Assembly: GCA_016873495.1 (NCBI GenBank)
Contig: VGXC01000012.1
Span: forward strand, 8,434 to 72,433
Source: Nitrospira sp.
GTDB taxonomy: Bacteria; Nitrospirota; Nitrospiria; Nitrospirales; Nitrospiraceae
Direction of reading: 5' to 3'
Length of the DNA stretch: 64,000 nt
Shown here: one piece after another, positions 43,107-52,642 of the stretch
Numbering within the stretch: the stretch's first letter is position 1
Layout: each line of letters opens with the position of its first letter
Notes under the pieces: generated by a model
The model's database searches: none
What the model saw: the letters and a program-made list of their open reading frames with translations, nothing else
What the model was told of the DNA's origin: nothing
Position numbers and translations under genes: made by a program

Positions 43107-44678
43107 TTAGAAGTGTCCGCGGGTGGTCCGCAGCATGTCCAGATCGGTGGAGAATAGGTCCCGAATATCGTGGATGCCCAAGGCCACCATGGCCATTCGG
43201 TCCAGCCCCAGTCCCCAGGCGATCACCGGCACCTCGACGCCCAGCGGCAGCGTAACCTCCGGGCGAAATAACCCGGCTCCGCCCAGCTCCATCCACCCGA
43301 GCTTGGGATGCCGGACATGCAGCTCCACGGACGGTTCAGTGAAAGGGAAGTAGGCCGGCAGGAACCGGCTTTCCTTTGCCTGCGCCATTTCGACGGCAAA
43401 CAAGTTCAGCAGCCCCAGCAAGGTGCGAAAATTGATGTCAGGCCCCAGGACGATCCCTTCCACCTGAAAGAAATCGGTCGCATGCGTCGCGTCCACTTGG
43501 TCGTAGCGGAAGCAGCGCGCGATGGAGAAATACTTCCCCGGCACCGCAGGCCCGGACGCCAACCGATGCGCCGACACCGCCGTGCCCTGGCTGCGCAGCA
43601 CCAGCCGCTTGGCTCGCTCGGGATCATAGGCATAGCCCCAGCCGGCGGATCCCGTGTCGTCGCCGCTGCGATGCGTCTCCGCCACGCGCGACAGAAAGGG
43701 CTCGGCGATTGCCCGCGCATGCGTGGGTTCTTTTAGGAAATAGACGTCGTGAATGGCCCGCGCCGGATGGAACTGCGGCATGTACAACGCGTCCATGTTC
43801 CAGAACTCGGTCTCGACCAGAGAGCCCCGCATTTCCTGGAACCCCATGCTGACCAGCTTGCGTTTGACCAAATCGAGAAACTCGCGGTAGGGATGCCGCC
43901 GCCCCGCCGACAGGCGCGGCGGCCGCAGGCTGATCGTATATTGCCGGAAACGCTTCGTCCGCCAGGACCCGTCTTTGAGCAGTTCCGGCGTGAGCTGCGA
44001 GACCTCGTCGCCCAAGCCCTGGGTCGCGATCGTCTGCGCAGCTTCCTGCCCGGTCGGGGTCAATTGATAGCGGCGCTCGACCCGGTCGTCGATCCGAAAA
44101 GGCTCGTTGGGATTGCCCCGTTTGACGGCATAGTGTTCGATGACCCGGCGCAGGGGCTCCGAAAACGCGTGGAGCTCCCTGGGCGCCCCGTGCAGATCCT
44201 TCAGCAAGGTGCGCAAGGATTCGGCCAGGGGGCTGGGCGCGCCGGTGGCTTCGACGTGCCCGCCCGGCACGATCCGAATCGCGCCTTCCTTCTTCAGACT
44301 CCCGACAGCGCCGCTCATTTCGCTGGGCTCCAACCCTTCGCGGGCCTGGAGGTCCTGAATGGTGATGCGCTTGCCGGTCTGCTTGGCGTCCCGGACCACC
44401 GACAGAATGCGTTCGATGGGGGCATATTTCTCGAAGTACCGCTCGCCCACCTTGCTCAACGACACGATCGGCGTGACGACTTCGGATTCTACCCGGATCA
44501 GCGCTTTCGCCAGCAACCACTCTACGGCCATGCTGAGTTGTGAGGGCTCCAGGCCGGCGGCGTGTCCGATATCTTCCTGGCGAAGAGGACGAGCCTGCTG
44601 CGTCTGGTGCTGGCCGAGCACGGTCAGCACCTTGATCTCGAGGGGATGGAGGCTGCCGATCTGGGAAAGGGTGTCCAC
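43107..44678 (-). CDS. pheS: phenylalanine--tRNA ligase alpha subunit, archaeal/eukaryotic type
   Basis: 523 aa (bacterial type is about 340 aa). Long N-terminal winged-helix region. Core motifs FWNMDALYMPQFHPAR and GAGLFRPEV. Confidence 0.92.
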   Translation of the reverse strand: MDTLSQIGSLHPLEIKVLTVLGQHQTQQARPLRQEDIGHAAGLEPSQLSMAVEWLLAKALIRVESEVVTPIVSLSKVGERYFEKYAPIERILSVVRDAKQTGKRITIQDLQAREGLEPSEMSGAVGSLKKEGAIRIVPGGHVEATGAPSPLAESLRTLLKDLHGAPRELHAFSEPLRRVIEHYAVKRGNPNEPFRIDDRVERRYQLTPTGQEAAQTIATQGLGDEVSQLTPELLKDGSWRTKRFRQYTISLRPPRLSAGRRHPYREFLDLVKRKLVSMGFQEMRGSLVETEFWNMDALYMPQFHPARAIHDVYFLKEPTHARAIAEPFLSRVAETHRSGDDTGSAGWGYAYDPERAKRLVLRSQGTAVSAHRLASGPAVPGKYFSIARCFRYDQVDATHATDFFQVEGIVLGPDINFRTLLGLLNLFAVEMAQAKESRFLPAYFPFTEPSVELHVRHPKLGWMELGGAGLFRPEVTLPLGVEVPVIAWGLGLDRMAMVALGIHDIRDLFSTDLDMLRTTRGHF

Positions 44679-44690
44679 CGAATCTCCCGA

Positions 44691-45410
44691 TCAGGACCGA
44701 CGAGACGATCGGCCGGCCGGAGCCACGCCGGTTGCAGGAGCCGTACGGTGAGAGGCCCGACGCAACGCGCCGATCACCGCGCCATAGTCCGCGCTGCAGA
44801 ATATCGCCGAGCCGGACACGAGCACGTCGGCGCCGGCCTCAATGATGTGCCCGGCATTGTCGACTTTGACGCCGCCGTCCACCTCCAGCAACGCGCCGCT
44901 GCCGGTTTGATCGATGAGCTGCCTGGCCCTCATAATCTTGTCCAGGACCGACGGGATGAACTGTTGCCCGCCGAACCCCGGATTCACCGACATGATCAAC
45001 AAGAGGTCGGCCTCGACGAGTATTTCCTCCACCGTCGCCAGCGAGGTCGCCGGATTCAGCGTCACCCCGGCCTTGACGCCCCGTTCCTTGATGGACTGGA
45101 CCGTGCGATGGAGATGCGGACAGGCCTCCACGTGGACCGTCAGATAGGTCGCGCCGGCCTGCGCAAACTCGGCAATGAAGGCATCGGGGTTCGTCATCAT
45201 GAGATGCACATCCAGCGGAAGCTTGGTCGCCTTGCGCAAGGCCTCGACGATCGGCGGGCCGACCGTCAGGTTGGGGACGAAGTGGCCGTCCATAACGTCC
45301 ACGTGAAGCCAATCGGCCCCGGCCGCTTCCACGCGGGCCACTTCCTCGGCCAAACGGGCAAAGTCCGCGGAGAGAATGGACGGAGCGATCCGCAGGGAAG
45401 GCCGTGCCAT
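44691..45410 (-). CDS. rpe: ribulose-phosphate 3-epimerase
   Basis: IAPSILSADFARL...HVDVMDGHFVPN...DGGV. The ATG overlaps the rsmB TGA by 1 nt. Confidence 0.93.
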   Translation of the reverse strand: MARPSLRIAPSILSADFARLAEEVARVEAAGADWLHVDVMDGHFVPNLTVGPPIVEALRKATKLPLDVHLMMTNPDAFIAEFAQAGATYLTVHVEACPHLHRTVQSIKERGVKAGVTLNPATSLATVEEILVEADLLLIMSVNPGFGGQQFIPSVLDKIMRARQLIDQTGSGALLEVDGGVKVDNAGHIIEAGADVLVSGSAIFCSADYGAVIGALRRASHRTAPATGVAPAGRSSRRS

Positions 45411-46771
45411 CACGCACCCGCCTTTCTGAGCCGGGCGGCAAAAAACCCGTCCATCGAAAAACGATTCACCGCCGTCGACAAGTCGCCTTGTTGGGTGATC
45501 AACTCCAGGCCGGTCGTCGGCAGGAGAGCCGAAACTGGTTCCCTGCGGAACTCCGCGTGCTTGCTCAGGAATTGATTGATCACGTCGGTCGTCTCCTCCG
45601 GCTCTGTGGAGCAGGTACTATAGACCAAGCAGCCGCCGGGCCGCAAGAGACGGCACGCCGACTCGAGTAGCAGGAGCTGCTTTCTCTGGTGGGCGGGAAG
45701 CAGCACGGCATGCTTCTGCCACTTTCCCTCCGGATGACGCCGCAAGACACCCAGCCCGCTGCAGGGAGCATCCAGCAAAATGCGATCGAACGGCCGAGCG
45801 GCCGCCGGCTCTCCTCGCGTCACATCTCCCTGTACCGGGGTGACGATCTGGACGCCGAGCCTGGCACAATTTTCCCGAAGCCGCCGTAACCGGTCCGGGC
45901 TTTGGTCCATGGCCACCACCTCCCCCCGATTCTCCATCAAGGCCGCCAGGGCCGTGGACTTTCCTCCCGGCGCGGCACAGGCATCCAGAATCCGCTCGCC
46001 CGGCTGCGGGGCCAGCAGGCCGGTCACCAACTGGGCCGCCTCGTCCTCGACGTAGAACAGTCCCTCGCCGAACTGGGGGATGTCGGTAATCAGCCCGCAC
46101 TTGTCCAGCACCAGGCCAAGTGGGCTGACCAAGGTCGGGGTGACCTGGTAGCCGCTCAACCGCAGCGCCTCGGCCAAGGCCTCGCGGGTGCTCCGCAGGC
46201 TGTTGATTCTGATCGTCAACGGCGGAATGGTCAGGGTGGCTTGGCAAAGCTGCTCCGCTTGGGCCATGTCGAAACGCGCGGCCCACCGCTCGGCCAGCCA
46301 GGCGGGGCAAGCATAGCGAATGGAGAGAAACGTCGCTGGCTCTTTGTCCGGATCGGGCCAGGCTGGGGCCGATTCCCGGATTAAGCTGCGGAGCACCGCG
46401 TTGGTATAACCGGACCATCGCGTTCCCGCGCCTGGCTGAGCTTTGATAAGGGCCACCGATTCGTTGACCGCGGCGGACTGGGGGATCCGGTCGAGGTAGA
46501 GCAGTTGGTAGGCCGCCAGGCGCAGGGCCGCTTGCACGGGATGGGGGAGGCGCTGGATCGGCCGGTCCGCCACATGATCAAGCCGCCAGTCGAGGGTCAA
46601 TCGATGCCGGAGCACCCCATAGACCAGTTCCACCGCGAGAGCCCGATCGCGGGGATCCAGCGAGGCGCGGCGCAAACTCTGATCCAGCGCGTCGTCGGCA
46701 TAAACGCGCGCGCGGTCGACGGCCAGCAGCGTCTCCAGCGCCGCCGCTCTCGCCCCTTGCAATGGTTTCAT
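45410..46771 (-). CDS. rsmB: 16S rRNA (cytosine967-C5)-methyltransferase
   Basis: 453 aa with an NusB-like N-terminus and the SAM site ILDACAAPGGKS. Confidence 0.92.
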   Translation of the reverse strand: MKPLQGARAAALETLLAVDRARVYADDALDQSLRRASLDPRDRALAVELVYGVLRHRLTLDWRLDHVADRPIQRLPHPVQAALRLAAYQLLYLDRIPQSAAVNESVALIKAQPGAGTRWSGYTNAVLRSLIRESAPAWPDPDKEPATFLSIRYACPAWLAERWAARFDMAQAEQLCQATLTIPPLTIRINSLRSTREALAEALRLSGYQVTPTLVSPLGLVLDKCGLITDIPQFGEGLFYVEDEAAQLVTGLLAPQPGERILDACAAPGGKSTALAALMENRGEVVAMDQSPDRLRRLRENCARLGVQIVTPVQGDVTRGEPAAARPFDRILLDAPCSGLGVLRRHPEGKWQKHAVLLPAHQRKQLLLLESACRLLRPGGCLVYSTCSTEPEETTDVINQFLSKHAEFRREPVSALLPTTGLELITQQGDLSTAVNRFSMDGFFAARLRKAGA

Positions 46772-47736
46772 GAGGGCACAGTCGGCGGAGGAGGACCGAA
46801 CTGGAGGCCCGGCTCAAGCGCATGGCCGGCCAGGTATTGGGACACGGACATCCGCCGGCTGTTGGCTGGCTGCACCTCCGTGATACGCAGCAGCCCCGAG
46901 CCGGTTTGCACAAGCAGCGCGTCTTTTCCGACAGCCACAATGGCGCCGGGAACAGCCGCCGGGGCGGTCCCCGAGGCAACCGGCGCGACGGCCTCGGTCT
47001 TCCAGAAGCTCCACCGATCCGCTCCAAGATACGTATAGGCGCCGGGCCATGGCGACAAGCCGCGCACCCGGTTGGCCAACGCTGCGGCCGGCAAGGTCCA
47101 GTCGAGCAATCCATCGTCCTTCTTCAGCAACGGCGCCATCGAAGCCTGGCTGGAATCCTGTGGGCATGGAGTCAGACTTCCCGCTTTGAGGCGACGGAGG
47201 GTCTCGATCAGCAGTCGGCCCCCGACCGCCGCCAGCTTGACCGACAGAGAGCCGGCCGTATCGTCCGGAGCGATGGCCACCGACTCCTGCAACAGAATCG
47301 CGCCTGTGTCCATCCCCTCGTCCATCAGCATAGTCGTGATTCCGGTCTCACGCTCCCCGTTGATGACGGCCCACTGGATCGGTCCGGCGCCGCGATACTT
47401 GGGCAGCAGCGAGGCGTGGACGTTCACGCAACCTTTGGGCGGGAGATCCAGAATCATCTTGGGCAGGATGCGCCCGAACGCCGCCACCGCGATCAAGTCC
47501 GGCCGCCAGGCTTGCAGCGCCTCCAGAAACGCAGGGTCCTTCATCTTCAGCGGCTGCAAGATTGGAATCTGCGCCCGTTGGGCAACGAGCTTCACGGGAG
47601 ACAGCGCGAGATCCTGCCCTCGCCCCTTCGGGCGATCCGGCTGCGTGACCACGCCCACGACGTCGTCAGGCGAATGACGGAGTGCGTCCAACGACGGCAC
47701 GGCGAACTCCGGCGTGCCCATGAAGACAATACGCAT
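46768..47736 (-). CDS. fmt: methionyl-tRNA formyltransferase
   Basis: MRIVFMGTPEFAVP...HASLLPKYRGAGPIQ. Confidence 0.95.
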   Translation of the reverse strand: MRIVFMGTPEFAVPSLDALRHSPDDVVGVVTQPDRPKGRGQDLALSPVKLVAQRAQIPILQPLKMKDPAFLEALQAWRPDLIAVAAFGRILPKMILDLPPKGCVNVHASLLPKYRGAGPIQWAVINGERETGITTMLMDEGMDTGAILLQESVAIAPDDTAGSLSVKLAAVGGRLLIETLRRLKAGSLTPCPQDSSQASMAPLLKKDDGLLDWTLPAAALANRVRGLSPWPGAYTYLGADRWSFWKTEAVAPVASGTAPAAVPGAIVAVGKDALLVQTGSGLLRITEVQPANSRRMSVSQYLAGHALEPGLQFGPPPPTVPS

Positions 47737-47785
47737 GGGGCTGTGTTAACACGCCACCGGCACGAAATCAACGACCGGCCTTACC

Positions 47786-47815
47786 TTGACTTCGCTTCGA
47801 CCGCTTTGTTAGTAT
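47786..47815 (+). promoter_or_regulatory. sigma-70 promoter of initiator tRNA
   Basis: TTGACT (47786-47791), 18-nt spacer, TAGTAT (47810-47815). The tRNA 5' end is 6 nt downstream. Confidence 0.5.
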
Positions 47816-47820
47816 CCGGC

Positions 47821-47897
<77 letters not shown>

Positions 47898-47919
47898 AAC
47901 GAACGCGATGCTCGTCAAG

Positions 47920-47955
47920 GCCCTGGCCGCTAATCGGTCGGGGCTTTTGTGTTTT
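47920..47955 (+). terminator. Rho-independent terminator after tRNA-fMet
   Basis: 10-bp stem GCCCTGGCCG / CGGTCGGGGC (2 G-U pairs), loop CTAAT, followed by TTTTGTGTTTT. Confidence 0.55.
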
Positions 47956-47990
47956 CACGGGCCGATGGGAGAGGGGATCGGGGGGCGCCT

Positions 47991-48293
47991 TTAGCGGCAG
48001 GATTGCGGCGGCCACTCCTTGACGGTCCATTCCTGGAGAACCTGCTTCCGGTCGAAGGTCAGCACGTATTCGACGCAACTTGAGACGCCGAACGGAGGGT
48101 TGTGGGAGTAGTTGAGCTCCCGGTAGACCCAGATGTCCCCGCTTTTGTCCGGCGGGAAGATTTTGAGTGGCGGGCCGATATCCCGCTTCACGTCAGCCTG
48201 AGTCGCCACGCCCTGGACGGAGGGCAGGTACTCGACCAACCGTGGACCGGCGCATCCGGCGAGCAAGAGGATGAAGAGGATGGCGGAACGCAT
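47991..48293 (-). CDS. hypothetical small lipoprotein
   Basis: MRSAILFILLLAGC lipobox. Confidence 0.6.
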   Translation of the reverse strand: MRSAILFILLLAGCAGPRLVEYLPSVQGVATQADVKRDIGPPLKIFPPDKSGDIWVYRELNYSHNPPFGVSSCVEYVLTFDRKQVLQEWTVKEWPPQSCR

Positions 48294-48376
48294 GGAGGGG
48301 AGCGAGAAAACCTGCACGAGATTCGTCCTAGGTCAAAGCTTGACGTTGCAAGAGATATCGATTTGCCGCAGACCGA

Positions 48377-49081
48377 TTAGTCCTTCAACAAGAACGACAT
48401 CTTGACGCCTGCGACTTCCAGCAGATCCCCGTCCTTCAGATCGGCCCGTCCCTGGATCGGCGTGCCGTTGACCAACACCTTCTTGCCGTCTTCCGAGAGG
48501 CTGATGTTGTAGCCGGCCGGCCGACGGCTGATCATGGCCGCCACCTTCGGGGCAAACCAGCCGGTGAGCTTCACCGTGGAGCCATCCTGCGAACCGATGA
48601 GGACGATGCGGCCGGTAAGCTGGTATTCTTTTTTATCCGTGCCGCCCGAGAGGACCTGCAACACCCCGATCTGTTCCTTTGGCTTGGGCTGCGTGGTCTG
48701 CTCGGCTTTGAGCAGCTCCCGCTGTTTCTGGGTGTCCAGGATCATCGTCTTATCCGTATCCACGGCCTGAGCAGGCGGCAATGCCAAGCCCTTCGCCTCG
48801 TCTTCATAGAGCAGCACGTGTTTCCCGATGGTGACTCGGTCCCCGTCCTTCAACTGGCGCTTATCGATTTTCTTCTCGTTGACGAAGGTGCCGTTGGTGC
48901 TGCCCAGGTCTTCGAGAAAATAAACCGCTTGCACGCGGGACAACTTGGCATGGTGTCCGGACACGGCCGGATTGTCGATGACCACGTCGTTGTCGGGCTT
49001 CCGGCCGATCGTGAATTGCTCGCGATCCAGCGGCACGTCCTTGATGACCGCCTCGTTGAATTTCACAATGATCTTTGGCAT
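48377..49081 (-). CDS. FHA domain protein (canonical N-terminal FHA plus divergent C-terminal FHA-like domain)
   Basis: FTIGRKPDNDVVIDNPAVSGHHAKL...STNGTFVN. The C-terminal VLIGSQDGSTVKL...VLVNGTPI lacks the R/S/H triad. Confidence 0.85.
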   Translation of the reverse strand: MPKIIVKFNEAVIKDVPLDREQFTIGRKPDNDVVIDNPAVSGHHAKLSRVQAVYFLEDLGSTNGTFVNEKKIDKRQLKDGDRVTIGKHVLLYEDEAKGLALPPAQAVDTDKTMILDTQKQRELLKAEQTTQPKPKEQIGVLQVLSGGTDKKEYQLTGRIVLIGSQDGSTVKLTGWFAPKVAAMISRRPAGYNISLSEDGKKVLVNGTPIQGRADLKDGDLLEVAGVKMSFLLKD

Positions 49082-49126
49082 ACCCTCTTCACCTTGGCCG
49101 GCCCCATGAATGTGCGACGCGATCCG

Positions 49127-49924
49127 TCATCCCCACACCCGACGCCAGAGCCCCCTCAGCCCGCCTTCACACAAGGCGATCAGCACAACCGTCGTATTAT
49201 CCTCTCCTCCCGCGGCATTAGCCAGCGCCACCAACCGTTCGGCCGCGGCCTGCGGCGTCGCCCCGTTGCGCACCGCGTGCAGAATCTCATCCGGTTTGAC
49301 CCCGCGTGTCAACCCGTCCGAGCAGAGCAGCAGCACATCGTTCACCTCCAGGGGCAGCTCGTCGAGCGCGACCTCCACCGTTTCCTCGATGCCCAAGGCC
49401 CGCGTCACGATGTTCTTCTGGGGAGACCGCTCGGCCTCCTCCTCCGTCAGCAACCCCCGACGGACCTGCTCCGCCACCAGCGAATGGTCTTCGGTCAAGG
49501 GCTGAATGCCGCCGCCGCGGATCAAGTACAGCCGGCTGTCCCCGATGTGCGCGACGGACAACGTCTGCCCGCTGATCAGCGCGGACACCACGGTCGTCCC
49601 CATCCCGGCCTGATCGGATCGGCTCCGCGCCGCCCCATGCACCACTTGATTGGCCAGGCGGAGCGCGCTCGCCAGCCGGTTGGTCTGCGGCGAGAACCCG
49701 GCATCGGACGGCCCGACCATCGGCAACGTCGCATTCAGGCCAGCATCGCGAACATGCTGCTGGATCACCTCCACCGCGAGACGGCTCGCCACCTCCCCCG
49801 CATTGCGCCCGCCCATGCCGTCACAGACTAGATAGAGACCCAGATCGGGCGCGGCACAAAAACTGTCCTCGTTGTGCCCCCGCTTGAGGCCGACGTCCGA
49901 CTTGGCTCCAAACCGGGTTTCCAT
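49127..49924 (-). CDS. PP2C-family Ser/Thr phosphatase
   Basis: VCDGMGG, GMGTT and GGEDNTTVV motifs. Confidence 0.92.
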   Translation of the reverse strand: METRFGAKSDVGLKRGHNEDSFCAAPDLGLYLVCDGMGGRNAGEVASRLAVEVIQQHVRDAGLNATLPMVGPSDAGFSPQTNRLASALRLANQVVHGAARSRSDQAGMGTTVVSALISGQTLSVAHIGDSRLYLIRGGGIQPLTEDHSLVAEQVRRGLLTEEEAERSPQKNIVTRALGIEETVEVALDELPLEVNDVLLLCSDGLTRGVKPDEILHAVRNGATPQAAAERLVALANAAGGEDNTTVVLIALCEGGLRGLWRRVWG

Positions 49925-50014
49925 AGCTGCCGCCTATCTGCTCCTCCCGCAACCGCGCCTACGCTACATCCCCTGGAGGCAAGCCCGTAGGGCTTGGGCC
50001 ATCTCGCTCCCACG

Positions 50015-52564
50015 CTAGTACCGCAAAGCGACATCCTTTTGCAAGGCCCTGCCGAGCACCGCTTGGCAGGCGGCCGGCAAGTCGGGCCGGATCTTGGTCG
50101 GCGACTGGTGGGGTTGGTTCGCTATCTGAAACAGGAGGGTGGCCACGCTGTCGGCCTGGAACGGCTTCTCGCCGGTCAGCAGCTCGAACAGGACGACCCC
50201 CAACGAGAACAAATCGGACCGGCCGTCCACCTTGGCGCCGGCCAGCTGCTCCGGAGACATGTAACTGGGCGTGCCCAGCACCACGCCGGTCTGGGTCTTG
50301 GAGGAGGCCGCGATCCGCGCAATGCCGAAGTCGGTCACTTTCGGCGTCCCGTCCTTCATCAGCATGATATTCGCGGGCTTGATGTCCCGATGCACAATCC
50401 CCTGGTGGTGCGCATAGTCCAGCGCGTCCGCCACCTTGGCCACGATTTCCAGGGCGCGTGGCAGCGGCAACAGGTTCTCTTTCCGGCAATGGCCCTTCAG
50501 ATCGGTCCCCTCCAGCACCTCCATGGCGATGAAACCCAATTCCTGCTCCTCGCCCGCATCGTAGATCGTGACGATGTTCGGATGCGAGAGCCGGCCGGCC
50601 GACTCGGCCTCGCGGAAGAACCGTTCTTTGACCTCGGCCGACTGTTCCGGCTCCACGTCGTCCAGGCGCATGGTCTTGATCGCAACGGACCGTTGGATTT
50701 TGGGGTCCTTGCCCAAATAGACGACGCCCATGGCACCGCGGCCCAGCTCCTTGACGACCTCGTACCGGCCCAATGTCGGTTTCACCCCGCCGTCCTCCAA
50801 AACGACGGTCCCCTCGGCTCCGCCTTTCTTGAGGCCGCCCGATCCGAAGATCATGGTCTCGCCCGCTTCTTTCAGGCGCTGCCTGCGCGCGTCGACGTCT
50901 TTGAACCGGAGCTCGTTGGTCTGAATATGCTCGTAGACCGCCACGGCCTTGTTGAACATGCGCTTGCGTTCGAAGTCGAGGGCGAGGTTGTAGAGGAGTC
51001 CCATCATGGCGTCGTCCAGCGGACACTTGCGGAATTTTTCGAAAGCCAGGTCCAGCATGCCCTGCCCTTGGAAGGAGAGGCCCAGCATCTTATTCGTCTC
51101 GATGCTGTCCGCTTCCGCCAGCTCCTGCCGCCACTCGCTGAGCATCACGCGTGTGCCAACGGCAACCGCATAGCCCAGCCCCAACAACAGGCAAGCCGGC
51201 AGGACAGAGACCACAGCGCCGGACATCGCAAAGAGCGCCGCGGCGATGCCGGCAAGGAGCAGGATCGCAGCCCCGGTCATAATGCCGCCCCACCTGATGC
51301 TCAGCCGAGGCAGGCCCCCGACGAGACACGCGCCGGCCAGCAGCAGAGCGACGAGTTCGAACGGGCCGGCCCACAGGGGGACAAAGATGAACTGCTGATC
51401 CAAAAGATTCTGCGCGACGCTGGCCATCACCTCGACGCCGGGAACCGAGGCCGCGAGCGGCGTGACGTACCGATCGGCCAGTCCGTCCGCCAAGGGGCCC
51501 AGCAGAACCAGTTTGTTGCGGAACGTTCCGGGCAGGACCTCTCCCGAGAGGACCGCATGCGCCGAGACGGTCTTGAATGCATGGCCTGCTCGAGCAAAGC
51601 CGACGGGCAGCCGCAGCCAGGGGTCCGTGGGAATCTGGACTGAGCCGAGCGACACCTGTCCACCCAGCTGCACTTGCACCTTGCCCGGCGGGACGTTCAA
51701 AAACACGCTGACCGTCCGCAGGGCGAACGAGGGATAGACGTGTCCGTGATAGTCCACCAACAAGAGCTCGCGGCGCACCACGCCGTCTTCGTCCGGACGC
51801 AAATTGACATGGCCGACGGCCATTCCATCCCGCTGGAAGGCCGAGAGGGGCGGCGTGAGCCGCCGGGCCTCGGTCGGCGGAAAGACGTTCCGGTCCGGCG
51901 GATTGCTGATGGCGTCCATGGCGTTGGCCAGAATCGGCGCCGGGGGATCGGCAGCCTCTGCGCCCAGCGGGGAGCCGATCTCAAATACCATCGGCAGCAC
52001 CACTTGGGGTGCCCGTTCAAGCGAGGCGGCCAGCTTGGCATCGTGGTCCAGACGGGTTTCGGCCTCGGTCAGGTCTTGCAGCAGCGCAGCATATATCTCC
52101 TGCGCCCGTAGGTCCGCCTCGGCCGGTTTCTTGGCCGCCTCCAACTCCGTTGCCGCGACCTGGGATTGCAGAAGCAGCTCTTTTTTGAGCCCGCGGATTT
52201 CCTGCAACCCTTGCGTCTGGTCCGGTTCGGACAGGACAAAATCCACGCCGATCACCGCGGCGCCGCTTTCGCGCAGAATGTCGATCAACTCGCCCATGGT
52301 GGACCGGGGCCAAGGCCAGCGACCGACCCGCGTCAGACTGTCGTCGTCGACGCCGACGATCACGATCTGGTCCGACGGTGGCGCGGACGCCCGCAGGGGC
52401 ATACGAAGATCGTAGGTGAGATAGTCGAGGTGACGCAACACCGGCCAGTCGGCCAGGTACCCGACGACGAACAGGAGGGTAAGGCCCCCTCCGATGACCC
52501 ACTCGGAGAGTAGACGGTTGGACGATGCGACGCTCATGGCCCTATCCAAGACTGCCTGTGGCAA
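50015..52564 (-). CDS. CHASE2 sensor-domain Ser/Thr protein kinase (sensor N-terminal, Hanks kinase C-terminal)
   Basis: N-terminus IVIVGVDDDSLTRVGRWPWPR (CHASE2), then a TM cluster, then the kinase motifs GRGAMGVVY, VAIK, HRDIKPANIML, DFGIA and SPE. Ends right after subdomain XI. Confidence 0.9.
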   Translation of the reverse strand: MPQAVLDRAMSVASSNRLLSEWVIGGGLTLLFVVGYLADWPVLRHLDYLTYDLRMPLRASAPPSDQIVIVGVDDDSLTRVGRWPWPRSTMGELIDILRESGAAVIGVDFVLSEPDQTQGLQEIRGLKKELLLQSQVAATELEAAKKPAEADLRAQEIYAALLQDLTEAETRLDHDAKLAASLERAPQVVLPMVFEIGSPLGAEAADPPAPILANAMDAISNPPDRNVFPPTEARRLTPPLSAFQRDGMAVGHVNLRPDEDGVVRRELLLVDYHGHVYPSFALRTVSVFLNVPPGKVQVQLGGQVSLGSVQIPTDPWLRLPVGFARAGHAFKTVSAHAVLSGEVLPGTFRNKLVLLGPLADGLADRYVTPLAASVPGVEVMASVAQNLLDQQFIFVPLWAGPFELVALLLAGACLVGGLPRLSIRWGGIMTGAAILLLAGIAAALFAMSGAVVSVLPACLLLGLGYAVAVGTRVMLSEWRQELAEADSIETNKMLGLSFQGQGMLDLAFEKFRKCPLDDAMMGLLYNLALDFERKRMFNKAVAVYEHIQTNELRFKDVDARRQRLKEAGETMIFGSGGLKKGGAEGTVVLEDGGVKPTLGRYEVVKELGRGAMGVVYLGKDPKIQRSVAIKTMRLDDVEPEQSAEVKERFFREAESAGRLSHPNIVTIYDAGEEQELGFIAMEVLEGTDLKGHCRKENLLPLPRALEIVAKVADALDYAHHQGIVHRDIKPANIMLMKDGTPKVTDFGIARIAASSKTQTGVVLGTPSYMSPEQLAGAKVDGRSDLFSLGVVLFELLTGEKPFQADSVATLLFQIANQPHQSPTKIRPDLPAACQAVLGRALQKDVALRY

Positions 52565-52642
52565 GTTCAGTCAGAGTAGTCAAACGGTCCATGCAAGTCA
52601 AATAAAACGCGAAGTTACGCGAGGCGAGGAGGATCGGGCCGG

